From NCBI GenBank assembly GCA_965178125.1, contig OZ237746.1:1240001-1304000 (forward strand): DNA of 64,000 nt, given 5' to 3'. The position numbers and the translations under genes were made by a program. Below are positions 12,420-25,701 of the stretch, piece after piece. Within the stretch, counting starts at the first letter, position 1. The number at the start of each line of letters is the position of its first letter. The notes beneath the pieces were generated by a model. That model searched no databases, was not told where the DNA came from, and worked only from the letters and a program-made list of their open reading frames with translations. This stretch comes from Bilabrum cf. latius. Taxonomy: Eukaryota.

Positions 12420-15400
12420 ATGGAGCTATCTTCAGAATCTTTGGGCCTGCGAGAAGCAGGCTCGCTCCTAGGAGAAGCCACCTTGCTGCAGGGCAAGTTC
12501 TCAAATATGACAGCAGTTCTATCTATCGGACGATCCTTCGGGTTTGACTAGGCAACGACCCCGAGCTTTCTCTGCGGAGCGAGCACAACGGAGCTGGTAC
12601 CAAAGGACTCGCCTGGGCGGCAGTTCCTGGCAGAAAATATCATGCCAGAAGGCTCTCACGTTCCCAGTGCAGCGCCGTTGGATCCGGCAGCGGACCCCGA
12701 GCTGCGCGCCGCCGGCGCGATGCTCTTTACTCGACCGGGAGAGGAGGGCGAGCACGTGGTCCGTGCAGCCTCTGCTCATACCTGGAACACCATGGGGTCG
12801 ATGCAGCCCTGCTTTAATCTATCCCCGGCCGCCATCATTGCTTCTGCGCAAGACGCGTGTTCCAGCGTCGCGGCGGAGGGAGGTCGCGCCCACCGGGTGG
12901 AGGCGGCCGACTCTCTGCAGGCAGCCGAGGTGCTCGCTCTGGGGGCGCCGGCCGGGGCCATGGCGCGGCGGGCGGCCTACGCGATGCAGGTCCAGGCCAT
13001 GCTGCGCGTGTCGGCTCAGAACGGAGATGAAGAGGAGGCGGCGCAGGTGGGGCAGGCGGCGCAGGCTGCCTGGGGGGACCTGCAGAGCAGGATGGGGGCT
13101 GCACGCGTGACGGCGGGGCTGGACCTAGAGGTGGTGTCGCTGGCGGCGCAGGCTCTGGAGCACGAGGGGCAGGGGCAAGCGCAAGCTGCCGCTGTCGCCC
13201 CGTCTGCCGTTCCTGACGCTGCCGCTGCCGCCGGCTCATCGGGAGCCGCCCCCGGCACCGGCACCGGTTCTTCTTCTCTTGCTCCTGCGGCCCCTGCAGC
13301 TCCTGCGGCCTGCACGGCTGCCTTCGGGGCGGACAAGGGCCTGACGAGAGAACTGCAGGCCCAGCGGGTGCTGCTGGCCATGCGGCTGAGGGGCGCCCGT
13401 GGCAGGCCACTGGCCCTGGCTCTGGCAGGCACGGCCCGGGTGGCGGCGCATCCAAGGGGTGTGACGAGTGCGTGGTGGGAGGGCGATGGCGCGTCGGGCC
13501 CTTCTCCCCGGGACAGGGCCGAGCAGCTGCTGCTGCCCGCAGGGAAGGGAGCCGCTGCCGAGCTGGGCGACGCTCTGGGTCTGTGGAGGCTTCCGGTCCC
13601 TGCCAAGCGGTTCTCCAGGGTGTCCACGGCCCACCACGGGACGGCTGCGGCCAAGGGGCCTCACCCGCTGCTGCCCCCCGGCGTGTCCCTGCGGCTGGGG
13701 ATGGATGGCCGGTACTGCCTGGAGGGGGCCTCCCTGCTGGCCCCTGCTGTGCCCGCGGGGGCCCTGGAGGGGGCCGAGGAGGCCACCAGGACCGGGGTGT
13801 GGACTCCTGCGGTGGGAGAGGGGGGAGAGTAGGCTGGGGAACAGATGGAGGGAACGGGAGACAGCAGGCCATCGGGCAGCGCCCGGGGCGAGGGGTTGCT
13901 CTTCGTGGTGATGCGGCCTGCGCCGGACCAGGCCCAGGCAGTCCGGGCGTACCCCCGCGATCGTGTGCCCAAGGCTCTCCCTGAGCTGGCCCCGTGGATG
14001 GGCGGCAGCATGCGCTGCGCCGCTGGGGAGTGGCCCGAGGCATCCATGCCCGGGACCGAGGCATCGGATGAGGCCTGGGTTAATGCAGCCTGCGGGGCAG
14101 TGAGGGCCGTGATGGGCGGCGGTACCGCGACTGGGACCGAGACTGGGACAGGGTCAGGGTTGTACGGCCTGAGCCAAGGACAGGTGGATCGGCTGGGCCT
14201 TCGGGAGCAGGAGGGGGAGCTGCCCACGGAGCTTGGTGCCGTGGTGATGCGGCCCGCGGGGTGCGTGGCCCTGCCACTCGTTCGACCCGTCCCAGCGTCA
14301 GGGTCGGGGGGCGGGCCCGGCCCCGAGGGAGTCGCAGATGCTGATGCAGATGCTGATGCTAGCGGTATGCCCCCCACCATGGAGATGCAGGCCGTGGGGG
14401 TGGTCCTCGTCTGCGTGCCCCGCATCCGTAACGGTGGAGGGGAGGGCCAGGGCTTCGATCGGTTTCCGCTGGGTGCACTCCTGCGGTACAGGCAGGCGCA
14501 CAGCCAGGAGCAGGAGGTGTTCCGGCAGTGCGCGGCAGCCACGGACGGCAAGCCCCTTGAGGAGGCGCTGGCCCTGTCGCGGCGCATGGCTGGCGAGGAC
14601 ACGGCGGAGGAGCGGCAGCTGGACGAGGTGCCTGCCTGGGACCCTCTGGCTCCCGCCGGGACCTCCCGCAAGACCTCCCTGGACCTGATGCTGGAGGGGG
14701 CTCTCTCCGAGGTGGGGGCCGGAACACCTGAGGGCCAGGGGGGCGTCTCCTCGGGGGCGGGAGGCCCTGATGGTGGCGGACAGCACTAGGACAGCAGCGG
14801 CAGTGGTGGTGCATCTGGGTCCATTGCAATGGGCGAGGAGGACGTGAGGCGGCTTGGTGCGGACAGTTTCAGTGAGACGGAGCTGCGCTTGGTATAGGGA
14901 AAGCGCGGGTCCGTCGTGTCCCACCCGCTGCTGGTGGAGGCTGAGAGCGAGACCAGCAGCACCAGCGGCGAAGGTGCCTCGGCCTCGTCGGCAGCCCACT
15001 ACTCGGAGGGTCGCTGGAGTGAAGAGGCCGTGGGCATGCTGTCCGAGCTGGTCCTGTCTCCCCGGGCCATCCTGATCGCTGCGGGACGGGTGGGTGTGGC
15101 GGCATCCAAGGCAAGGGAGAAGACATTGCAGGGGCTACTGGCCAAGGCGGCCGGTGCTGGTGCTGGTGCTGGGGCTGGTGCTGGTGTTGGTGCTGGTGCT
15201 GGGGATGCCCCCGCCGAGGGGAGTCCGGCCCCCTCTGGGGTGGAGGGGGTCGTGGATCTCGAGAAGGATCTCTTCCCACTTGAGGCGCTGCTGGGCGCGG
15301 GCACGCTACCCTCTCAGCCCCTGCGCGCCAGCATGCGGGAGTGCGGGCTCAGGCAGCAGCAGTTGGGGCTGCTCGTCGCTGCGCTGAGGCACAGAGCGGC

Positions 15401-18400
15401 GGGGTGCGTGGCAGAGGCAAAGCGGCTGCGAGCCCTGGCCGCCCCGATGGTCACGGAGGCGATGAAGACCGAGATGCTGGATCAGGCCCACTCGCAGGTG
15501 CGCATCGCCTCGGGGTGCCACGCGGCCGCGGGCTACCTTCTCGTCAGCATGCTGCGCAAGCAGACCACCGCCAGCGTGGCACGGCTGGCGGCTGGGATCC
15601 ACCACCACCACGCGTCGCTGCTCCGGCTGTGCGTGGCGGCCACCGGAGGGGAAGGACGATTTCCCGCCGCACTGGGCCCGCACCCTCTGTCCGCACCTGG
15701 GGCGCTGCCGCTGGTGAGCGCGCTTGTTCTCTCGCAGGTCTGGGCCCGGCTGGGGGGCCACGCTCGCGTGCTGGTGGAGCCACAGCCCTGCAAGCTGGCC
15801 GAGTCTGCATGCGAGCTTCCGCCCCTGCTTGCCTCCAGCCTCGTGCGGCGACAGGTGGTCGTGCAGACGGGCTTCGTGACGCGGGCCGTGGCAGAGGTGC
15901 TGCGGCTGGAGCTGGAGCCCTCTCGTCCTGGGCCCAGCCAGCGCGCATTCCTCGCCTCTCGGCTGCTGCTGCTGCAGGAGGGGGAGCAACTCCGGGGGGA
16001 CAACGGTGGAGATGCTGGGGCTGGTGGAGATGCTGGAGGTGGTGGAGCGGATGGGCAAGGAGAGTGTGCTGCTGCAGATGCACCTGCCGCTGGCGAGGGG
16101 GGAGCAGCGGAAGCAGCTGGCCCTGTTGCAGTGGACCCTTGCAGGCTCTCGTTCATGGTGCTGGCCATGTCCGAGGGCGCAGGGGACGAGGGGGCTGGCG
16201 GTGAGGCCGCCGTGGAAGCCGCGTCTGGGGATGGCGCCGGGGCCGATGGAGCCGGCCCTGAGGAGCTGCTGCTGCCCGAGGAGACGTACGTGAAGGGCGT
16301 GCTGGGCGGGGGCGTGCACGCCGGGCTGCTCGAGGAGCGTAAAGGGCTGCTGCTCGGCGGTCTGGTGGCGCTGGCGGGACAGGCGGGGCGCTGCCTGCTA
16401 TCTGGCTTGGAATGGGCCGACGGCTCCGGCGAGAACGACCTGCTGGGGGTTGTAGAGAGCAAGGACAGGGACGAGGGCGCGGGGGCCGTCACGCACGCGC
16501 GACGCATGTGGGACGGACTCCGGTCCATGCGGGCCGTGCTGGTGTCTGGCTGCGCGGAGGTGCGGCGATGCGCGGTCCAGCTCGGGGCGTTGGCTCGTGG
16601 GGTGGAGGCGGGGTGCCTGCCCTGGGAGGTGCTTGTCCTGAGAATCGGGGCGGCTGAGACAACCATGCGGCTGCTGGCATCCAGGGGTGGGTTTGCGCAC
16701 AGCAACGGGCTGCTGTGGACGACGCGTGCGCTGCTGGAGGAGGGGGCGGGGTCTGCCATTGAGGGGAGCGCTGCACGCCAGAGTGGAGCCGAGCCCGAAG
16801 ATCGAGTCCCGCGCAGTCCCTTGGAGGGCCACGCTCTGCTGCGAGCGCAGTGCGAGTTCTACTTGGGCCTGCAGATGTGGGGGCTGGAGGGGGTGCACAG
16901 TGAGGAGGCAGGTCGGCTGCTGGGTGCCACTGGGCGCGCCGTGCGAGAGGCCTTGTCTCCTTCTCACCCCTGTATGTCTCTGTGGCAACTGGGGCTGTGC
17001 GAGCTGCTGGGGAGCCCGCCTTCCTCCTCACCGGCACAGAGCAAGGGAAACGAGCAAGGCTCACTCACGGAGGACCGAGCGGCTCGAGCTGCGCTGAGCC
17101 GGCTGCAGGCTGCAGGCGCTCGGTTTTCCTCGCTGAGTCCAGTCATGTTTCTGTCCCTGATACAGCTGCCGCGTGCCCTGATGGAGGACGGGGGCGGCAA
17201 GAAGGAGCTGCTGGTGCTCAGAACCGAGGCGGAGCGGCTGTCTGCCGGCTGGCTGAAGCTGGAGGACGACGAGAAGCAGAGAGCCAAGAGCACCCGGCGC
17301 AAGCGGAACGGAGTGGACGCCATGTCAGCCCCCGCTCCATCGACAGAGAGGGCCTCCACCGCCGCAGGGTCCGGCAAGCAACCGGAGGCCCTGAGCCCTG
17401 GCGAGCCCCGCGGCCCTTTCCTCGTGGCCGTGTGTCGGCTGGAGGCGCTTTCTCTCGTGCGGCAAGCCATGTCGGCTGCCAGCGCCGCCCTGTCGTACGG
17501 AGCCAAGCAGGCACTGCTAGGCGAGGCGCTGGATGCGGTGGAGCAGGGCATTCGGGCAGCCCGCAAGCCGCTGCTGGGGGGCATGCAGGCGGTCCAGCAC
17601 TGCCCCGTGTCCCAGATGCTGCTGCTCTCTGCCACGGAGCTGCAGGTGGCGCTGCGCCAGCGGTCCGTCGCGGTGGGGATGGCCAGGACCGCGCAGCGCA
17701 ACCTCGAGGTCATGTTCGGTCCCTGCAGCCTGGAGGCGCTGCAAGCCGCCCTGCGGAGGGAGGACCTGGAGAGCTACCCTAAGGAGCTCAGTGAGCAGGT
17801 GGGAAGGGCTGCTCGCGTGCTGCAGTCCATCGGCAGGTGGCAGCCGGGCCAGTTGTTCTCCAAGGCGGTGCACGAAGCGGCCAGGCAGCTGCGGGACGAG
17901 TCCCTCGAGCTCAAGGCCTGCCTGACGGGAGTGTCCGCGGGCGGGATGGAGGACGTGCGGCTGCAGCTGACGGTGGCGAAGGAAGAGACGCCGGTCTGGA
18001 CGCAGCCCGCCTCTCTGGCAGACGAGCTGCTGGGCATGCTGGGGCCAGAGGTGGGAGGAACCAAGGTGCTGGACGAGGAGGGGCAGAGCAAGCACGCCAA
18101 GCGAGTGGCGCGGCTGCTGGCCCTGCCGACGGACCTGCAGCGGTCCGTACACCTGCACATGCCGCCCACCAGCGGGTGCCTCACCCCGCAGCGCATCCTC
18201 CGGGAGTCCACCCGCGCCATGCTGGACCGGTTGATAGACATCCTTGCGGGAGAGGCCTTCATGTCCCACCAGCAGGTCATGCAGATGCGGCAGCAGCAGG
18301 CCATGTACGGCGGGTCCAGCCGCATCGCGGAGCTGGGAGCCGCGGGGGACAAGGGAGGGGGCGGGCAGCGGCGGAGGGCGCAGCTGGCCCTTCCATGGGC

Positions 18401-21230
18401 CGTGCTGCTGGTGGAGATCACGCGGGCGAGGGCCATCGCGAGCCACCAGCCGGACTTTCGCCGGGTCGCGCTGGAAGGGATGAAGAGCGAGGACAACGGG
18501 GGGGCACCCGAGGCGGTGCGGGCGGTGCTGCGGGAGGCCAGGGAGATGGGCGTGACCCTGGACGAGGACAAAGACGACGAGGACGAGGACGGGGAAGGGG
18601 AGGACGCGGCGGCCCTGGAGGCCCTGGGGGCTGTCGGGGGAGGCGCTGGGTCCGGGTCCGGGAGTGGTGGTGATAGCGAGGTGCCTGCGGACGTGCCACT
18701 GACCCGGAGCGACAGCCACAACAGAGACCACCACGACGAGGCGAACTTCCACTCGCTGGAGCAGCTGCACAGCATGGGCGCTGTGGGCACCAGGGGGTCG
18801 AGGGGGCAGGGGCAGCAACCGAAGGGAGGGCAGGAGGGGCAAGGACAGGGCCAGTCCCCTCCCCCTATCTCTGCCCGCCACCACAGCGCTCACCTTGTGG
18901 ACCCCCACGGCATCTCGAGCCCGGGAGCCGCCCCCGTGAGCCCGGTGAGGGAGGCCTGGAGCGTACGGGACGTGATGCGGCACGTGCAGGACCACAGCGA
19001 GCTCGAGGACAGGCTGGGGAGGGAGGCCGCGGAGGAGGCCCTGCGCAAGAGGAAAGAGGCGGCTATCAGGCGGCTGAGGGGCGCTGGCGGCGCCGACGCG
19101 GAGATGCTCGAGGATGCTGGCGGGGCACAGGCCGGGGGCGTGCTGGAGGTGATGCGGTGGATGGCGGGGGGCAGCGAGGGAGAAGGGGTGGGTGAGGGGG
19201 AGGGGGATGGTGGCATGGAGGCGCTCGAGCGAACCTTCGGGGAGGCACGGGCCACCCTGCAGCAGCACTGGCCGAGCCTGACGCAGCTGACAGACGTGCT
19301 TGTGCATCGTGCCAAGATCGAGGAGAGGAGCGGGCCGAAGGACGGGGTGGCCCCGGTAGCATCGATGCTGGACGCCCCTGGGGCCCCGCCTCTGACCCCT
19401 TCGGAAGCGCTGGGCCACCTACAGACGGCGCTGTACAACGTGACCAAGCTCACGCAGGTCATCCTCTCGCACAGCAGGACCGCAGGAGGGCCCCTGGCGG
19501 CCAGGGAACAAGCGGACCTGGAGGCATTCGCGGCACTGCACGAGGCCTCCGCCCGGGAGCAGCTGGCCCTGCACATGCATACCATGGAGCTGGGCATGGC
19601 CACCAGGGGCCAGGCTGGCATGGCCATGGGCGCGGGGGGCGGCGCACAGCAGATCCTCGAGGCCATCCGCAAGCGGGCGCACCTGGCCACGCGCATGTTC
19701 GAGGTGGGCGCCTGGCCGCGGGCTGAGCGCATGATGCAGCAGTGCCTGGAGATGGGGCGGAGCGCGGGCAAGCCCGAGGCGCTGACGCAGCTGGTGCAGC
19801 GGCAGGTGGTGGCGTTGGTGCACATGGGCAAACGGAAGGAGGCTCTCGAGCTGGCCCGGGAGCAGTCCGAGATCATGCAGCGGCTCGCCGGTCAGTGGGC
19901 CGACTCCAAGACCCGCGAGATAGGCGCCACGATGCAGAGCCTCGCGAGGCGCCTGTCCATGGAGTTCGAGCCGCAGCAGCCGCAGCCTGAGACTGCTGCG
20001 GCGGCAGCGGGGGAGTTTGAGGACGCAGACCCAGTGGCGCCTGCTGCAGGTGCTGGTTCCGGGGCGGGGAGTGACGAAGGAGGGGGCGCGCCCCGGACGC
20101 CTGAGCGGCGGGGGCCGGGCGCAGGGGCGGGGGTATCCCCGGGCAGTTCCCCCGGCAATTCCCCCAGCCGTAGGCGAGTCAACCGTATGGGTTACCCGGT
20201 GGACGAGGACGGGATCCCCTATCAGCTGGCCCCGTTTAAACAGATGTGCTCCGAACAGCTGCAGCAGCTCAAGGCCATGGGCTACACGAGCGCCAGCTCG
20301 AACCTCATGGCGCTCATGCGGGCGAGGAATGACCTTGCCTTGGCCGTGCCGATCATCGCGGATATGCAGGAGAGCGGCAGGTACGGCGAGGGCGACGTGG
20401 ACGACGATGAGCAAGAGGGTGGGCAGGTGGGCGGCCAGGGGGATGGAGGAAGCTCCAGTCCTGCACCTGCGCCGGGCACGGCCGAAGCACCCCCCAGCAG
20501 GGCAGGCGATGCTCCAAGCCCCCCCTCCGCCAACACATCGACCGCTTCCCCTCCCTCGGCCGCTTCCCGCGTGCCCGTGTTCCAGCGGATGGGAGACCTG
20601 GACGAGGATGGGATCCCGCGGCAGTTGGCGGGCACCAAGGCGAGGTTCGCCTCGGAGCTGGAGGAGCTCGCCGAGGTGGGCTTCACTGACAGGGCCGTGG
20701 CCATGCACGCGCTCATGAGGAAGGGCGGGAGCGTGGAGCTTGCCATGGAGCTGCTGCTGGACGAGCACGCAGAGGTGGACGAAGATGCGGGGGCGGAAGA
20801 AGGCGAAGGAGAGGGAGATGGAAGCACTCCTGCCCCTGCCCCTGCCCCTGCCCCTGCCCCTGCCCCTGCCCCTGCGATCGACGCGTCAACAGGTGCGAAT
20901 GCGGGCGCAGGGCCTGGGCAGGCGCCCTCGAGCGGGGCCGGCGAAGAGAACGAGGACGGTGGAGAGCGGGGTGGCGATGGCCAGCAAGAGGGTGCATCGG
21001 GCGAGAACGAGAGCGGCGAGGAGGACGAGGGCATGTTCACGGCGATGATGGGGAACCGCCGGGTGGGCGTGCCGTTTTCTGAGTGCAGGCGCGTGTACGG
21101 GCACTTGCTGCCCCAGCTCAAGTAGCTGGGGGTGGAGGACGAGCAAACCGCGCTCATGCAGCTGTTCCGGTTTTAGGGGGACGTGGGGCAGGCGGCGGCC
21201 GGGTGCTTTGAGGTCATGGAGCAGGGCTGA
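12420..21230 (+). CDS. Very large Clu/CLUH-domain-like protein with TPR-like helices and three C-terminal UBA domains (~2936 aa)
   Basis: The listed ORFs at 12642, 13845 and 14916 share one frame, joined by TAGs at 12549, 13830, 14787, 14895, 21123 and 21174; TGA is at 21228-21230. Clu-like motifs LGMDGRYCL and LRASMRECGLRQQQLGLL. UBA-like segments QLQQLKAMGYTS, ELEELAEVGFTD...GGSVELAMELL and LPQLK*LGVED...GDVGQAA. Confidence 0.7.
20829..20875 (+). repeat. (CCTGCC)n hexamer repeat encoding a Pro-Ala linker
   Basis: About 8 tandem units are visible between UBA2 and UBA3 of the Clu-like gene. Confidence 0.9.
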
Positions 21231-21334
21231 AGAGCATGGATCCATTCGAGATAGGATAGATGAAGGGCGAGCGGTGCGGTGGCATCTGCATCATGTGCCT
21301 CATTCGGCGAGAGAGAGCACATGAGAGAGAGCAG

Positions 21335-22243
21335 TTACCAGAAGAATCTCCACCAGATGACAAGCAAGATGACAAGCACCCCAATGGCCACAGGGGCCCA
21401 CCTCCTGACCTGGTCCATCCACCTGAGCTTCTTGGCGCTCCACCGCATGCGCTTCGACTTGGTCACAAGCTCGCTCGTGCTGTCCCGCACATCGTCCAGC
21501 TTTGCCCCTCTGTCCAGCAGGTCGTGGATGTTCTCCGTCATCACCCGCCGGATGTCGCCCAGGTCTGACTGAACCTGGCCCGCCAGGCCCCCGCCGGAGG
21601 GTCCCCCCGAGGCAGCGGCCACGCCCGCGCGGGATCGAACCCCGCTGGATCCCACCACCCCGCCAGCCGCACTCACGTACTCTTTTCTGCGCTAGCGCAG
21701 GCGCTGGTCAAATGACGCGCACGGGTATCCCCTCGACTGCCTCGCGAGAGCCAGCAGCCAGTCCCGGCCGAAGTGCTCCTCGAGGTAAGCCAGGAAATCG
21801 CCCGCCAGCGCATCCAGGAAGGCCACCGCCGTGCGCTGGGAAAACTGCTGCGAGCTCGCCGCGAGGAACACCAGGTCATCTCGGCACAGGACCGCGTAGT
21901 ACGAGTCTCCCATATCCACGCATGTTCTTGAGGCGCCTTCCTGCTTGGCTCCGATTGCGCGCGCCACCTTGCCAGCCTGCAAGTGGGGAAAGACGCGGCG
22001 GTAGCGTATCATGCAAGTGGGGCATCAAACCAAGCAGTGATAATTGACGAACAGCTGGCCCTGAAACCGTTGCATCTTTCGGTTTGAGATAGACCCACTG
22101 CGTACCTACACGTGTACCGAACCACTGCAAGCTCTCACATCTCTAGTCGCTTCAGATCCTAGCTATCGGGCCGAAGAGTCTTCGACAGACACAAGCGGAA
22201 AGCCATCGGACGCCTTACAGATCAGCACGTAAGCCAAAGACAT
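21335..22243 (-). CDS. SEC22: SEC22-like longin R-SNARE (~248 aa)
   Basis: Exon 1 starts at ATG 22243 (MSLAYVLICKASDGFPL). The intron is probably 22138-21977; an alternative in-phase donor is possible. The longin domain is followed by the SNARE motif VMTENIHDLLDRGAKLD and a TM tail ending WWRFFW at TAA 21337-21335. TAGs at 22163 and 21692. Confidence 0.9.
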
Positions 22244-22716
22244 GCTGCAATTGCCACTTTAAAAACGCACCGAACGGCAACTGCGCGTGAGGAACGCTAT
22301 CTGCCGCAGTGTCCTTCTCGCTTGCCAGCTTCGCAAAGTTAGAGACTTTATTCTTCAATTAAACAGGATCACTTGCTTCCTGAAAGTTGGTCCTAGCGCC
22401 GTCGTTGCTTGTGGACGTGCACCTGCTCTGCAAGATCGGTTGTAACCAAATAGTCTGGTATTTCAATAAAGTATCCCTATCGAAAACCGTTTGGGGATGC
22501 GGCTCGTGTTGCATTAAAAGTAGAAGACCGAGTGAGTTTGCCCGCGCTGGTATGCTGCATATGGATTTGCCATATATACTGGGTTCATATTCTCTCTATA
22601 TGGAGCTGCTCACGCGGCAGTGGCGGAGCGAGTATGCGATTGGTCACTGCAACAGCCAAATTGAGCTCCTACGCCAATGTTGCTCTATGTATCGCCCCAC
22701 CCTCCGATTTCGCAGG

Positions 22717-23438
22717 ATGCCCAAGACCCCGAGGTAAGTGTTTTGTTGTGTTGTCTCTGTGCTGCGAATGGTGAACCCGTGCACGCGTGCAAGACTGCAA
22801 ACCTGGCAAGTTCGAACTTGAACCGATCGAATGAAGTGAACGCCACCAGAATCTGCCAAGGCTGTCGTGCAGCTGCGGTGCACCCGTGACAATAGCCTCA
22901 GTTGTAGATTAGCTTCTATTGTACTCGCTGCTTGTTGTTTGCAATGGCTGTGGTAGAACCTAGCCCCACCGTCCACACCACCGGTTTGAAATTGAAATCG
23001 GCAGCGACAGCACCCGCTGATGGGGCCCGTGCATAGGGTTCGTGCCATCCAGATTGCATCAATATGATTATATTATATTGTGTACCGTACTTTGTGCGCA
23101 GCAAGAAGAGCGGAAAGGCCACGAAGAAGTCGGAGGGCTCGCGCCGCCGCCGCAAGCGTACCGAGACGTTCTCGTCTTACATCTACCGCGTGCTCAAGCA
23201 GGTGCACGCCGAGATCGGTATCTCCAGGAAGGCAATGAACATCATGAACTCGTTCGTGAACGACACCTTCGAGAGGTTGGCCAACGAGGCCATCCGCCTG
23301 GCCAGGTACACGAAGCGAACGACCATCACGAGCCGAGAGATCCAGACGGCCGTGCGTCTGCTTTTGCCCGGCGAGCTCGCCAAGCATGCCGTGGGTGAGG
23401 GAACCAAGGCTATCACCAAGTACAACCAGCTCAACTGA
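22717..23438 (+). CDS. H2B: Histone H2B, intron-containing
   Basis: Exon 1 is 22717-22733 (ATG CCC AAG ACC CCG AG). Intron 22734-23101 (GTAAGT...CGCAG). Protein: MPKTPSKKSGK...[15 protein letters not shown]...[11 protein letters not shown]...[21 protein letters not shown]; ends at TGA. Confidence 0.97.
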
Positions 23439-23845
23439 GTGTGGTGGCCCGGCATTCGAGGCAGATGCAGGGGCCCGAGGCTGACGGCCCTCGGCCGTTT
23501 GACCAATGGGGTTCGGGAGCAGGGAGTGGAAATGCTTCTGGTCTGGTCTGTCCCGACCACATGATTTGATTGATTTGAACGAACAAGACAAGATTCAGGT
23601 AAGGGCACAGAAACCATGAAGACTGTCTGCGTGAGCAAAATCATCTAGACACTCAAAAAACCGCATGGTGCAGGATTCAAACTGCCCAGCTGAAACCAGC
23701 CAACCCAAAGAGGCCCGTTCATCCTCCGCCGCGCAAGGAAAGCGAGTAGCCCTGCTGCCTGCAGCATGGAACGCGAACCATCGTCCAGGTCCATGTGCGG
23801 CAAGCAAGCCACCCCACCCGTCACCGTCACCCTGGCACTCTCTCC

Positions 23846-25474
23846 TCATCGGAACCCCGTGGACCCCGGCCTGCTGCTGACCCCGCTCCTGGCCCTGCCC
23901 CTGCCCTTGGCCCCGCCCCCACTCCCCGAGGCCCCGGAGGGCAGCGGCGGCGGGCACATCCTCGCGGTGGCGCACCCCATGGCCAGCAGAGCCCCTGCGA
24001 AGAGCATGGCCACCACGGTGCGAGCCGCCCACCGGGTGCCCAGCCCCTTGGCCTCCTCGTGCGCCTGCTGCGCCTGCTCCTTCACATGCGCCTGCACCCG
24101 CTCCAGGCGTCCCCCCAGCGCCTCCTCCGCCCTCTGCAGCCGCTCCAGCGTCTCGTCGAAGTGCCTCCCCACGGACGCAACCTTGGCCTCGAGCTCCTTG
24201 CGCAGCCCACGCACCTGGGCCCGGTCCTCCTCGGCCTGCCGCTGCAGGAACTGCACCACGCCCGCGGACCGGAGCACCTCCTCGATCTCCTCGGCCGACA
24301 TGGTCACGCCAACCCCTGCTTCTGCACCGGCCTTGCCACCCCCCTCCCCCTCGCCCTCGCCCTCGTCCCCTCCCCCCTCCTCGTTGCTATCCTCGCCCGC
24401 CTGCACCACCCCGCCCCACTCCCCGCTCTCGATGGCCCCCGCCACCCCTTTCTCCGCGAAGAAGGACAGCCACAGGGCGTCGTGCTGGTCCGTGAGGTCC
24501 CCCGTGCTGGCAGAGAGACCCACCAGGGGTCCCATTGGGGACATGCCGTCCCCCCCGCCGCTGGGGACGGCCCGCCGCCCCTCTCCCCGGGCCTGGGCCT
24601 GGGCCGCGCGCAAGTCAGCAGCCGTGACCCTGGCTCGGGCACAGTGCACCCAGCCCTGCGACGAGTCCGGGTCCGAGGGCAGCGCGTCCGGCCCCGGCCG
24701 CTGGGAAAAGTACAGCTTCAGCTGCAGCTCACCACCCACGTAGAGCGGACCCTCCCCCTTTCCCTTCCCCGTGGCCTGTGCGGCGGCCTAGGAGGCCCTG
24801 GCCCTGGGCTTAAGCGGCTCGTGCGTGAGGCGGGCCGTGACGTACTTGCCCCCCGAGCCGAACTGCCGGATCCGGGCGGAGCACTCGCTGCCCGACGGGA
24901 GGCTCGAGCCGCCGTCTGCGGCGTTCCGGTCGAACGGTGCGTTGAAATGCTTGCCATCTGAGAACGCCATTGACACGGAAGGGTACTTGCGAGCAGACTG
25001 GCGGCCGCCAGAGTTGTCAAACGTGTCGAAAAATACGCCGAGCCCGCGATACTCGGTCGAGTGGCCGAAGTTGTTGCCGTTGCGCGGCCTACCCTGCACG
25101 AGCCACAGTGCCATTCCGTCGCCAAAGTATGCCGCCGAAGTGCCTCCTATGCGCATCTGCAGGTCGATCCGCCATCTCCCGGCAAAGGCGCGCTCGCTTG
25201 GCGGATCGTGCAGCCACAGCCAGCCTCGCTGCCCCTGCTTGTTTCGGGTGAGTCTCACGCGATCATCGTCTACCTCACTGTGACCACCAATATCCCACCT
25301 GGAAAGAAGCATCAACGCTGGGTCAGGGTCGCCCTCGTTCCGCTGCTTTGCGGTGAGATCAAAGCTCATCTGGGGCACCCGCACGAGGTCTGCCTGCCTC
25401 GGTCCAGCGCCCGTGGCTGACTGGATCCATATTGCAGCAAAAATCAAGCTCGCCAGCATTGTGCCGGCGCTCAT
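23846..25474 (-). CDS. L-type (legume-like) lectin membrane protein, VIP36/ERGIC-53 family
   Basis: Signal-like MSAGTMLASLIFAAIWIQSATG; the exact start ATG is uncertain. Motifs DRVRLT...GWLW, FGDGMALW and GLGVFFDTFDN. One TAG at 24788 joins the lectin domain to a coiled coil and TM segment; TGA is at 23848-23846. Confidence 0.85.
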
Positions 25475-25701
25475 CAGTAGCCAGTGCGGCTGCGGTGCGA
25501 ATGGTCCATTTGGCGAGATGTGGTCCTTCATGAAGGTTCCCTCCGTGGGTTGCACCTCGGCCAAACTTTTTAGCGAGCAAATTCTGGGTATGTAAGTCGG
25601 ATATGAGAGACTAATTGTTGGCAATTAGAAATACTATCGATTAAGCATGTTTCTTGCCAGGTTGCTTCCCTGTGTCCGCAGAGTTTACTACACCGGAGCA
25701 G

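Noticed and set aside
22387-22716. ORF between SEC22 and H2B
   Set aside because: It has no recognisable motif and is AT-richer than neighbouring genes. It is more likely promoter, 5' UTR or a UTR intron of H2B.
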